Shown in pieces: positions 9,741 to 18,876 of a stretch of 64,000 nucleotides of DNA. The translations under genes and the position numbers were made by a program. The stretch is from Bacteroides sp. Its GTDB lineage: Bacteria; Bacteroidota; Bacteroidia; Bacteroidales; Muribaculaceae. The notes beneath the pieces were generated by a model. It saw only the letters and a list, made by a program, of their open reading frames with translations. It had not been told where the DNA came from and ran no database searches. Every line of letters starts with the position of its first letter. Position 1 is the first letter of the stretch. Location of the stretch: positions 185,185-249,184 of the forward strand of contig JAMPBJ010000001.1 of assembly GCA_023666835.1 (NCBI GenBank). Direction: 5' to 3'.

Positions 9741-11215
9741 TTTGTGATGATTGTTGTGATGGTTGGAGAAAGTATTGATGTAAGTTTCAGTCCCGCCATG
9801 GTGTAGAAGCCGTTGAGCAGCAGCAGCTCGAAGCCTATGCTGTAGCCAAACACGTGGTCAAGTGCCCATTGGGTGATCCACGACAGAACAGGAGCGACTA
9901 TGCACACGGCCGGAACCAGGCGGTCGGCCACTCGGCCGTCGGTCAGCAGTCCGTAGGCAAACATGCCCAGAATAGGTCCATAGGTATACGAAGCAAGGGT
10001 ATATATGGCCGATATTGCATCGTCGGAACTCAAATAATAGAAGGTGATGATCACCACGGCCATCGCTGCCGACATCATCAGGTGGACGCGGGAGCGAAGT
10101 CGGGCAAGAGCGGCATCGTCGTCGCCGTATCGACGGCGTCCGTCGAGAATGTCGAGGGTGAACGAGGTGGTCAACGATGTCAGCGCTGATCCGGCTGCTG
10201 AGTAGGCTGCCGAGATGAGGCCGACGATGAACAGCAGACCGACCACGAGCGGCATGGTGTCGTGGGCGGCTATCAGGCCGAAGAGGTCGTCGCTCTTTTC
10301 AGGCATGGCTATCGAACGCGTTTGAGAATAGATGAGCAGAAGGGTGCCGAGCATCAGAAACAAGGCGATCACACCAATCTGCACCACGCCGCTGACTATC
10401 ATGTTTTTGGCCGATGAACGCGAATCGCGACACGATAGATGGCGCTGCATCATGTCCTGATTGAGACCGTTCATCACAATGGCCATGAACACGCCGGCAA
10501 TGAACTGCTTCCAGAAATAGAGCGGACTTTTGGGGTCGTCGAAGTGGAATATGCGCGAACTTGCGTGGGAGGTGATGGCGTCGGGAATGTCGGCCGGCGA
10601 CATGCCCAGGTTGCGGGCTATATAGTAGATGCACAGCACCACCGACGATATGAGGCAGAAGCTCTTGAGCACATCGGTCCATATCAGCGTCTTCACACCG
10701 CCACGGGCCGTGTAGAGCCAGATGAGCGAAATGGTCAGCATCACATTGACGATGAAGGGCACACCCAGCGGCTCGCACACCAGCAACTGAAGCACGGCGC
10801 AGACCACGAAAAACCGCACCGATGCGCCCAGAATTTCCGACACGAAAAACATGGCGGCGCCCGAGCGGTAGCTGCGGCGCCCGAATCGATCTTCGAGATA
10901 GGAGTAGATCGACACAAGGTTTTTGCGGTAGAAAAGCGGGATGAGCACGAAGGCTATCACGGTGTAGCCTAAAAGGAATCCCAGCACCATCTGCAGGTAG
11001 GAATAGCCCTTGGCCGCAACCATGCCGGGCACCGAGATGAAGGTGACGCCCGAAATGACCGCTCCGGCCATGGCAAATGCCACAATGGGCCATGGAGTGC
11101 GACGATTGCCGGTGAAGAAGGTGGCGTTGTCGGCCCGGCGCGAGGCTATGCGCGATATGGTCAGCAGCAGGGCGAAGTAGACCGCCACGGTCAGTATCAC
11201 GATCAATGGTGTCAT
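9701..11215 (-). CDS. Sodium:solute symporter
   Basis: FFTGNR, SGVTFISVPG, SIYSYLEDRFG, IWTD, NQDMMQR; many TM helices. Confidence 0.92.
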   Translation of the reverse strand: MTPLIVILTVAVYFALLLTISRIASRRADNATFFTGNRRTPWPIVAFAMAGAVISGVTFISVPGMVAAKGYSYLQMVLGFLLGYTVIAFVLIPLFYRKNLVSIYSYLEDRFGRRSYRSGAAMFFVSEILGASVRFFVVCAVLQLLVCEPLGVPFIVNVMLTISLIWLYTARGGVKTLIWTDVLKSFCLISSVVLCIYYIARNLGMSPADIPDAITSHASSRIFHFDDPKSPLYFWKQFIAGVFMAIVMNGLNQDMMQRHLSCRDSRSSAKNMIVSGVVQIGVIALFLMLGTLLLIYSQTRSIAMPEKSDDLFGLIAAHDTMPLVVGLLFIVGLISAAYSAAGSALTSLTTSFTLDILDGRRRYGDDDAALARLRSRVHLMMSAAMAVVIITFYYLSSDDAISAIYTLASYTYGPILGMFAYGLLTDGRVADRLVPAVCIVAPVLSWITQWALDHVFGYSIGFELLLLNGFYTMAGLKLTSILSPTITTIITKCRKIFSAATSGS

Positions 11216-12390
11216 AGCGGATAGAGCAGATAGGGTTGACGTTGACGTTTGAACGCGGCCACATCGGCAGCCCACGATTTCTTTATTTCTTCGGCCGATC
11301 GGCCCTCTTCGATCATCTGACGTACACGGCGGTTGCCTATCAGTTTGTCAAAGAAGGTGGTGAAGAATTTGCCGACCCGTTTCATGCCGATGTTGCGGTA
11401 GGCGTCGACAACATAACTGATGTCGATGCCCGACTCGATCACATGGTCGAGATCTACGTTACGCAGATCGCGGCCGTAGCATTTGCGCCCGAGCAGTGGA
11501 GGATTTTTGGCTCCGGGGCGGCTCCGCGGGGTGAAAGAGAAGGTGGAGCCGGAATAGTTGGGATGGCCGTAGACCTCAAAAGGCATATCGGTGCCGCGTC
11601 CCAGGCTCATCACCGTGCCCTCAAACAGGCATGTCGACGGATAGAGATACACTGAGCGCATGTCAGGCAGGTTGGGCGACGGCGCCACCGGCAACTCGTA
11701 GCGCGTAGAATGGGTATAGCCATCGCAGGGTATCACAGTCAGGTCAAGCTTGCGGGAGCTTTTGAGCCAGCCTTCACCCACAATCATGCGTCCGAGTTCG
11801 CCGAGCGTCATGCCATGGACGGTAGTGATGGGCAGTTTGCCAACACCGGATGCGAGCGACATGTCGAGTATCGGGCCGTCGACCGTCATGCCGTTGGGAT
11901 TCGGGCGGTCGAATATCACGAACTGCTTGTCAGCATCGGCAGCCGCGTCCATCAGGTTGAGCATCGTTATATAATAGGTGTAGAAGCGCAGCCCTACGTC
12001 CTGCAGGTCGGAGATGACCACGTCAACATCGGCCAGTTGCGATGCCGTGGGCACCGATTGCTTGCCGTAGAGCGACACGATCGGAAGTCCTGTCTTGCTG
12101 TCGGTGCTCCCTGACACGTTCTCGCCTGCATCGGCAGTGCCGCGGAAGCCGTGTTCGGGCGAAAAAATGCGCACCACGTTCACTCCGTTGTCCAGCAACA
12201 GGTCGAGCGTGTGCCGGCCGTCGGACACCACTCCGGTGTGGTTGCTCAAAAGAGCCACTCGCTTGCCCTTGAGCATGGGCAGATAGAGATCGGTGCGCTC
12301 GGCTCCCACAGTCACTTTTTCGGAAGCTCGTGCCTGCCCGGCGACTATCAGCAGACCCACTATTATGGTTATTATCTTTATCAGTTTCAT
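11212..12390 (-). CDS. namZ: NamZ-like exo-beta-N-acetylmuramidase (DUF1343, GH171)
   Basis: Signal peptide, FSPEHGFRG, DLQDVGLRFYTY, DRPNPNG, HGMTLGEL, PSPNLP. Confidence 0.9.
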   Translation of the reverse strand: MKLIKIITIIVGLLIVAGQARASEKVTVGAERTDLYLPMLKGKRVALLSNHTGVVSDGRHTLDLLLDNGVNVVRIFSPEHGFRGTADAGENVSGSTDSKTGLPIVSLYGKQSVPTASQLADVDVVISDLQDVGLRFYTYYITMLNLMDAAADADKQFVIFDRPNPNGMTVDGPILDMSLASGVGKLPITTVHGMTLGELGRMIVGEGWLKSSRKLDLTVIPCDGYTHSTRYELPVAPSPNLPDMRSVYLYPSTCLFEGTVMSLGRGTDMPFEVYGHPNYSGSTFSFTPRSRPGAKNPPLLGRKCYGRDLRNVDLDHVIESGIDISYVVDAYRNIGMKRVGKFFTTFFDKLIGNRRVRQMIEEGRSAEEIKKSWAADVAAFKRQRQPYLLYPL

Positions 12391-12529
12391 ATCTTCTGCA
12401 TTGTGTCATACAAAGATAGTGCAAAATAACCGTAGGCATGTGCAATTATACCGTATCATACGTTAATATAAGTTAAGAGCCTATTCCTCCCCCGGATTGA
12501 CACTCCACCTCCGTTAACGTCGTCTGTTA

Positions 12530-13012
12530 TCAATCATTTCTGATTTTGCGCAGCAGTTCGATGAGGCGGCGTATGCGGTCGTCGGCGAGCAGTTCGCTCA
12601 GTTCGGAGGCAGAGTCGAGGAGTCCGCGCGAGATTTCGGCGGATGCGCGGGTGTTTTCCATCACGCTCTTGGCCTCGATGAGCGTGATGCAAAAGGCACC
12701 GACGGTAGTCAGAAACGGCAATGCGGGCAGGTTCCACCCGATGGTCGAACGCAGCGAAATGCACAGCACCACGATGATCGAGTCGACACCCATAAGGGCA
12801 AGCATGGTCAGGAAATAGCGCAGTAGTTTGTCGATGGTGCGCCGATAGCCGCGCGAAGTGGCCGCAAGACCCGACCGTCGCACCTTGCGAAGCCCGCTCG
12901 CAAGATCGCATAGCGATGCAAAGATTACGGCAAGAAAGTCCAACACAAGCAATGCGGCTGCCCACTGGAGAGAAGACACCATGGCGGGAGAAATGGATAT
13001 AAGTGAGATCAT
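12530..13012 (-). CDS. Phage holin-family protein (Bacteroidetes holin-4 type), stand-alone
   Basis: DLASGLRK..TSRGYRRTIDKLLRY..IEAKSVMEN with 3 hydrophobic segments, the motif pattern of Bacteroidales phage holins. Confidence 0.8.
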   Translation of the reverse strand: MISLISISPAMVSSLQWAAALLVLDFLAVIFASLCDLASGLRKVRRSGLAATSRGYRRTIDKLLRYFLTMLALMGVDSIIVVLCISLRSTIGWNLPALPFLTTVGAFCITLIEAKSVMENTRASAEISRGLLDSASELSELLADDRIRRLIELLRKIRND

Positions 13013-13032
13013 AGCAGATTAAGGTTAACTCC

Positions 13033-13071
13033 GCAAAGTTACATCCGAATCTGCCCGTTGAACCCCAAAAT
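13033..13071 (-). promoter_or_regulatory. Holin promoter element ATTTTGGGGTTCAACG...GTAACTTTGC
   Basis: Contains the Bacteroidetes -7 box TAACTTTG and upstream TTTG; 28/39 identical to the element at 41968-42006. Confidence 0.7.
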
Positions 13072-13083
13072 ATCAAAAATCGA

Positions 13084-13284
13084 TCAGCACTTCTCGCCAA
13101 TAAGCAACCCGCCATAGGGAATCCGTCGACGTAGCCAAATGATAAGGGTACATACAGCATTCGTCAACACGGCCACCACCGGGCTGAACACCCGGTTGAA
13201 CATACTGCTGTCCATAGCGCTGCATTCGGGAAATCACATGCGGCACGTAATCAGAAGAAATGTATGTATCAGATATATAGACAC
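13084..13284 (-). pseudogene. C-terminal remnant of an acyltransferase-3 family gene
   Basis: In-frame translation VSIYLIHTFLLITCRM*FPECSAMDSSMFNRVFSPVVAVLTNAVCTLIIWLRRRIPYGGLLIGEKC*; SxIYLIH motif and R-IP ending; internal TGA at 13236-13234. Confidence 0.55.
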
Positions 13285-13300
13285 TTCAGTCAGGTGCCCA

Positions 13301-13747
13301 TCAGAATTTTCTGCAACGTATCACCGTGCCGTTGGAGGTCATCACCAGGCGCGACGATGTCAGTTCATTGATTGTGAAATGAGCCGTGAATCCCAACTCA
13401 TCAATTTGATCTGTCTCGGGAACGACGATGCCCCATGTGGTCAGATCCAACGGGCGGTCGCGCGGAAATTCGATCGACATCGTCGAGGCATCCTCATCAT
13501 AGACAAGATTGCCGGTATGAAGCTCTGCGCCGGGTGCGGTCAGCTGTGCCACTTTGCGATAAAAGCAGTAGTAGCGGGTGCCGTCGGGATCGAATGTCGA
13601 GCCGTCGGCATAGTCGATAGAGGTCACCTGCCACTGACCCGACAGGTCGCCGTTCTGTGCCAGCTCGCGGCACGAGCCAAGCCACATCATCATTATACAG
13701 CCCATCAGAGCCGCCATCGCTATTTGCAATTTCTTTATCATAGCCAT
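13301..13747 (-). CDS. Lipocalin-like domain lipoprotein
   Basis: Lipobox LGSC, NGDLSGQWQV, INELTSSRLVM..RKF ending. Confidence 0.8.
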   Translation of the reverse strand: MAMIKKLQIAMAALMGCIMMMWLGSCRELAQNGDLSGQWQVTSIDYADGSTFDPDGTRYYCFYRKVAQLTAPGAELHTGNLVYDEDASTMSIEFPRDRPLDLTTWGIVVPETDQIDELGFTAHFTINELTSSRLVMTSNGTVIRCRKF

Positions 13748-15336
13748 CCTGTTTTACTGATTGTTAATGAAGCGCCGAAGCTGTGTCCCAGCAAGCATCC
13801 GCCGTCGAGCCCAAGCCCGAGTGTGGCAGCCCAGCCCTGCAGTTGGTGAGGGTGATAGTTCAGTTCCAGCAGGGCATTGACGTTGTGGCGCACGTTTTTG
13901 GCCGGGAACGTGTAGCACCCCCACGAACGGGTGAGCGAAAGGAGTACGCGATAGTCGAGATCGGCAAGGGGCTGACCGGTCCAGCCGAAGTGATGACCCT
14001 TGATGCGGTTGTTGAGAAACTCGTAGCTGTACCACAGCCCGGGAGTGTTGTAGATGGGCGATATCAGCAACGGATTACCCTGCCCCATGCCCCACGATTG
14101 CCAGCCGGTGAAGAGCTCATGGGAGTAATATTCGTCGCGGCCGCTTACCTGCGAGGGTATGTCGGGAGTCTTGTCCCAATACACGGCACCACTCTGATCC
14201 TTGGTGTCGATGTATTCGTAGACAAAGCGGCTGACCACGGGGTTCTTGGGGAAGGACACCTCAATGCCCAGAAGCATATCTTTCCAGGCATGATCGAAAA
14301 ACATCATGGAGTGGTCGTCGAAAAAGTGCTCATAGTAGGCGCGGAAATGCCAGGGCGAGTCCTTCGGTTCCCAATTGACGGCGAGCGACCATTGGCCCAC
14401 GTGGTTGCCATAGACGTTGTTGACCTCGCCCATCTGGTTGGGGTCGGAACTGTCGCCGCCTCCGCTGGGAAACAGCACATGCCAGAAGTCCTTCAGACCG
14501 CGTCCCATCCTGACGGTATACGGTTCGCCGGTATAGCGGTTGTGACCGTGGAACGTGCCGCCCCATTCGGCACCCATTTCGAGGCCGCCTTCCACCGTCA
14601 GCGGGAAGCGGTCGGCGTTACCGCCGCGCAGGAAGAGACCTTTGGTGTGGAGCATGCGGTTTTTGATCCAACTGCCATTGGCACCGGCACGATCGCGTTC
14701 CCAGCGCCAGTCGGTGTACATGCCCACCGATATATAGGCTCTGAAGCCAAGCCATTTGTTGGTGTACGGCACATACTGATATTCGGGCATCTCAAGCATC
14801 ACCTGAGGCACCGGACGAGAGTTGGTGGAGAAGAGCATATCGCCACTGCTGAGAGCATTGTCGACCACGCCGTTGCTCCACTGGCGCTGACCCACGGTCA
14901 GATAAAGCGAGCGGTATTTCACGCCGGCATAGAGCTGCTGAACCACGAAGTGCGATGTGTAGTTGAACGGCACTGCAAGGTCGACCTCGCCATACCAGTC
15001 GAAGCGCTTTTCAGGGTTGACCGAACGCTTGAACGATCCGCGCAGATAGCCGTTGCGCTTGTCGAGCGACGACAGCCCCCATCGGTTGTTGACGAGCCAA
15101 AACGGCGTCGACTCGCCGCTGCTCAATGCCCCCTGAGCTTCCACACGCCACGTATATGTGGCAGGCACACTATAAGTCGGGCACGTTTGAAGCACCCACT
15201 GCACCGTGTCGTTGGTGGCGGTTGCTTCTATGGCTTCCACTTCCTCCACAACCTCAACAATCGAGTCGGGACTATCCTGACCGAAAGCCACTGAGGCTGA
15301 AAGCAGTAATGCTGATAAGATATACGTTTTTATCAT
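13738..15336 (-). CDS. Capsule assembly Wzi-family outer membrane protein
   Basis: TPFWLVNNRWGLSS, LSSGDM..NSRPVPQV, GNHVGQW, GQGNPL; beta-barrel-like. Confidence 0.82.
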   Translation of the reverse strand: MIKTYILSALLLSASVAFGQDSPDSIVEVVEEVEAIEATATNDTVQWVLQTCPTYSVPATYTWRVEAQGALSSGESTPFWLVNNRWGLSSLDKRNGYLRGSFKRSVNPEKRFDWYGEVDLAVPFNYTSHFVVQQLYAGVKYRSLYLTVGQRQWSNGVVDNALSSGDMLFSTNSRPVPQVMLEMPEYQYVPYTNKWLGFRAYISVGMYTDWRWERDRAGANGSWIKNRMLHTKGLFLRGGNADRFPLTVEGGLEMGAEWGGTFHGHNRYTGEPYTVRMGRGLKDFWHVLFPSGGGDSSDPNQMGEVNNVYGNHVGQWSLAVNWEPKDSPWHFRAYYEHFFDDHSMMFFDHAWKDMLLGIEVSFPKNPVVSRFVYEYIDTKDQSGAVYWDKTPDIPSQVSGRDEYYSHELFTGWQSWGMGQGNPLLISPIYNTPGLWYSYEFLNNRIKGHHFGWTGQPLADLDYRVLLSLTRSWGCYTFPAKNVRHNVNALLELNYHPHQLQGWAATLGLGLDGGCLLGHSFGASLTISKTGWL

Positions 15337-15347
15337 GGTTTGATCAT

Positions 15348-16310
15348 CTATTTAACGGTCATTTCATTGAGTCGGCAGCCCCGCAGGAAGTCGGCAGTGG
15401 GCATGCGGCGCTTGCCGGGAGCCTGCAGGCTGACCACTTCCAGCTGTCGGTCGGCACAATCCACCGTCATCCTGCCGGCTGCATGGTCAACGTGCACCAG
15501 ACCGGGCGTCGTAGCCGGCTGATCGGTCAATCGGGTGGCGAAAATCTTGAGCGTACCCTGTTCGGCACCGTCGCCGATGAGCACTGTCCACGCCGTGGGA
15601 TAGGGACTGAGGCCACGCACCAGGTTGTGAACCTCGGCAGCCGGACGCGTCCAGTCGATGCGGCATGTGTCCTTGAATATCTTCGGCGCGCCACATGGCT
15701 CCACATCCCCAACTGAGGCTTGAGGAGTAGTGGTCAGAATGCCGGCAAGTATATCATCGACGGTCTTCACAGTCAGCTCGGCGCCGATCTTCATAAGGCG
15801 GTCGTAGACCGAACCGGCATCCTCGTCGGGTCCGATCTCGATCGACCGGCTGTCGATGATATCGCCTGTGTCGATCTCATGCTTCAGGAAAAAGGTGGTC
15901 ACACCGGTACGTTTTTCGCCGTTGATCACCGCCCAGTTGATCGGAGCGGCGCCGCGGTAGCGCGGGAGCAATGATCCGTGCAGATTGAACGTGCCCAGCG
16001 GCGGCATTTGCCACACCACTTCGGGGAGCATCCTGAACGCTATCACCACAAACAGTTGGGCATCAAGGGAGCGTAGAGCCTCAACGAACGCCTCGTCCTT
16101 CAGCCGCTCGGGCTGAAGCACCGGCAGACCCTTCGACAGGGCATACTCCTTCACGGCCGACATCTGCACCGACCGACCGCGGCCGGCCGGCTTGTCGGGC
16201 GCCGTCACCACGGCCACCACATTGTAGCCGCCGTCGACAAGCGCGCCCAGCGACTCAACGGCGAAGTCGGGGGTGCCGAAAAACACAATTGGCAAATCGG
16301 ATTTCTCCAT
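15348..16310 (-). CDS. fmt: Methionyl-tRNA formyltransferase
   Basis: FFGTPDFAV, VVTAPDKPAGRG, NLHGSLLPRYRGAAPINWA, DTGDII. Confidence 0.97.
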   Translation of the reverse strand: MEKSDLPIVFFGTPDFAVESLGALVDGGYNVVAVVTAPDKPAGRGRSVQMSAVKEYALSKGLPVLQPERLKDEAFVEALRSLDAQLFVVIAFRMLPEVVWQMPPLGTFNLHGSLLPRYRGAAPINWAVINGEKRTGVTTFFLKHEIDTGDIIDSRSIEIGPDEDAGSVYDRLMKIGAELTVKTVDDILAGILTTTPQASVGDVEPCGAPKIFKDTCRIDWTRPAAEVHNLVRGLSPYPTAWTVLIGDGAEQGTLKIFATRLTDQPATTPGLVHVDHAAGRMTVDCADRQLEVVSLQAPGKRRMPTADFLRGCRLNEMTVK

Positions 16311-16457
16311 ATTTTTTTGATCTTGTTTTGTCAAAGAATGTTACGAACCACAAAATTACTCTTTTTTTTCTTTTTTCGCTCCCATAATTGTTTAGAAGTT
16401 ACTATCTTTGTTTTCCACTCATAACCTTTTCTATCCCTAAAAAAACTATACCTGACA

Positions 16458-18779
16458 ATGAAACATCTCGTACTGTCAACCCTCCTGGCCGCCGCTGCCG
16501 TATCAGCCTCGGCTACAGATGTGGTCGATTATGTCAACACGCTCGTCGGCACGCAGTCGAAATACGAACTGTCAACCGGCAACACGCTCCCAATCGTCAC
16601 CATGCCCTGGGGCATGAACGGATGGACTCCCCAAACCGGTAAGAACGGCGACGGCTGGGTCTACACCTACGACGCCGACAAGATCGTCGGTTTTAAGCAA
16701 ACCCACCGCCCCTCGCCCTGGATCAACGACTACGGACAGTTCTCGCTGATGCCCGTCACCGGCAACCCCGTGTTCTTCGAATCCGAACGCGCAAGCTGGT
16801 ACTCCCACAAAGCCGAAAAAGCCACTCCCTATTATTATAGGGTGTATCTGGCCGACCACGACGTCACCACCGAATTCACCACCACCGAACGCGCAGCCGC
16901 ATTCCGCTTCACATTTCCCGAAGCAGAGCTGTCGACCGTGGTCATCGATGCCTTCAACGACGGCTCGTCAGTGACCGTCGACACTGCCGCCGGCCGCATC
17001 ACCGGCTACACCACCAAAAACTCCGGCGGTGTGCCCGACAATTTCAAAAACTATTTTGTCATTGAGTTCGACACGCCGCTGACCTACACAGCCACCGTGC
17101 TCGACAGTGTCATCACCGAGGGCGGCACAACCGCCACCGGATTCCAGACCGGTGCCATCGTCGGGTTCAAAACCCATAAGGGTCAGGTGGTCAATGCACG
17201 CGTGGCCTCATCGTTCATCAGCCCCGAGCAGGCACTGGTCAACCTCCGCGAACTCGGCGACGGCAACTTCGACCGCATCTGCCGCGAAGGCCGCGACCGC
17301 TGGAACGACGTGCTCGGCCGATTTGAAGTCGCCCCTGACTCCTACGACTTCCAGCTCGACCGCCTGCGCACGTTCTACTCCAACCTATATCACGCACTGC
17401 TCTTCCCCCACGCCTTCTACGAAATCACAGCCGACGGCGCCGTGATGCACTACAGCCCCTACAACGGCGAAGTGCTCCCGGGCTATATGTTCACCGACAC
17501 CGGCTTCTGGGACACATTTCGCGCCCTATTCCCGCTGGTCAACCTCGTATACCCCTCCGAAAGCACCAAGATTCAGGACGGTCTCGTAAACGCATATCTT
17601 GAAAGCGGATTCCTCCCCGAATGGGCAAGCCCGGGCCACCGCGGCTGCATGGTGGGCAACAACAGCGCATCGGTCGTAGCCGACGCCTACCTCAACGGCA
17701 TCCGCGGCTACGACATCGAAAAACTGTGGGAAGCCGTCACATCCGGAGCCCACAAGGTGCACCCGACAGTCAGCTCCACCGGCCGCCTCGGTCATGAATA
17801 CTACGACCGCCTTGGCTACGTGCCCTACAATGTAGGCATCAACGAAAGCGCAGCCCGCACTCTCGAATATGCCTACGACGACTGGTGCATCTACGAGCTC
17901 GGCAAAGCTCTCGGCAAGTCGAAAAAAGAGCTCGCCCCCTACGCCAAAAACGCCATGAACTACCGCAACCTCTTCGATCCCGAACACAATCTGATGCGAG
18001 GCAAAAACGAAGACGGCACCTTCCAGTCGCCTTTCAACCCCCTGAAATGGGGCGACGCTTTCACAGAAGGCAACTCATGGCACTACACCTGGTCGGTGTT
18101 CCACGATCCGCAGGGACTGATCGACCTGATGGGCGGCGACAACAAGTTCAATGAAATGATGGACTCAGTGTTCATCCTCCCGCCAGCCTTCGACGACAGC
18201 TACTATGGCTTCCCCATCCACGAAATCCGCGAAATGCAGATCATGAACATGGGCAACTACGCCCACGGCAACCAGCCCATCCAGCACATGATCTACCTCT
18301 ACGACTGGTCGGGACAGCCCTGGAAAGCTCAATACTGGGTCCGCGAAGTCATGAACCGCATGTATACCCCCAACCCCGACGGCTACTGCGGTGATGAGGA
18401 CAACGGACAGACCTCGGCCTGGTACGTCTTCTCGGCCCTCGGCTTCTATCCCGTGGCTCCCGGTTCGGGTGAATATGCCCTCGGCGCTCCGCTCTTCAAG
18501 CAGGTCAAACTCCACCTCGAAAACGGCAACACGGTCACCATCAACGCTCCGGCCAACAGCGACGCCAACCGCTACGTCGACCGCCTGACCATCGACGGCC
18601 AGACCTACGACAAAAACTACATCACCTATCAGATGCTGCTCTCAGGCCCGACGCTTGATTTCGACATGACCGACAAGCCCAACACCACTCGCGGCACTTC
18701 ACTCGAAGCGCGCCCCTACTCCTTCTCCACCGCGCCCGACGCTCCTAAAATCAAAACCAAAACCAAGTTGCGCCGCTAA
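16458..18779 (+). CDS. GH92 alpha-1,2-mannosidase
   Basis: STGNTLP, PWGMN, PSPWINDYG, GFWDTFR, TEGNSWHY, HGNQP, GDEDNGQTSAWY. Confidence 0.95.
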   Translation: MKHLVLSTLLAAAAVSASATDVVDYVNTLVGTQSKYELSTGNTLPIVTMPWGMNGWTPQTGKNGDGWVYTYDADKIVGFKQTHRPSPWINDYGQFSLMPVTGNPVFFESERASWYSHKAEKATPYYYRVYLADHDVTTEFTTTERAAAFRFTFPEAELSTVVIDAFNDGSSVTVDTAAGRITGYTTKNSGGVPDNFKNYFVIEFDTPLTYTATVLDSVITEGGTTATGFQTGAIVGFKTHKGQVVNARVASSFISPEQALVNLRELGDGNFDRICREGRDRWNDVLGRFEVAPDSYDFQLDRLRTFYSNLYHALLFPHAFYEITADGAVMHYSPYNGEVLPGYMFTDTGFWDTFRALFPLVNLVYPSESTKIQDGLVNAYLESGFLPEWASPGHRGCMVGNNSASVVADAYLNGIRGYDIEKLWEAVTSGAHKVHPTVSSTGRLGHEYYDRLGYVPYNVGINESAARTLEYAYDDWCIYELGKALGKSKKELAPYAKNAMNYRNLFDPEHNLMRGKNEDGTFQSPFNPLKWGDAFTEGNSWHYTWSVFHDPQGLIDLMGGDNKFNEMMDSVFILPPAFDDSYYGFPIHEIREMQIMNMGNYAHGNQPIQHMIYLYDWSGQPWKAQYWVREVMNRMYTPNPDGYCGDEDNGQTSAWYVFSALGFYPVAPGSGEYALGAPLFKQVKLHLENGNTVTINAPANSDANRYVDRLTIDGQTYDKNYITYQMLLSGPTLDFDMTDKPNTTRGTSLEARPYSFSTAPDAPKIKTKTKLRR

Positions 18780-18811
18780 TCTCCGCCGCGACCCAATAAC
18801 CCCCCCATAAG

Positions 18812-18846
18812 AATAGGAGGCCGAACAAATCCGGCCTCCTATTTTT
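18812..18846. terminator. Intrinsic terminator between convergent GH92 and GH20
   Basis: aataggaggccg / cggcctcctatt inverted repeat followed by a T tract. Confidence 0.8.
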
Positions 18847-18876
18847 ATTCTTTAATATCCTTAAGCTCCCTAATTT

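Noticed and set aside
13783-15294. Other long antisense ORFs (503 aa here; also 20584-21987, 31341-32573, 40488-41486, 43051-44268, 52827-53861)
   Set aside because: All lie opposite well-supported genes and have shadow-like composition.
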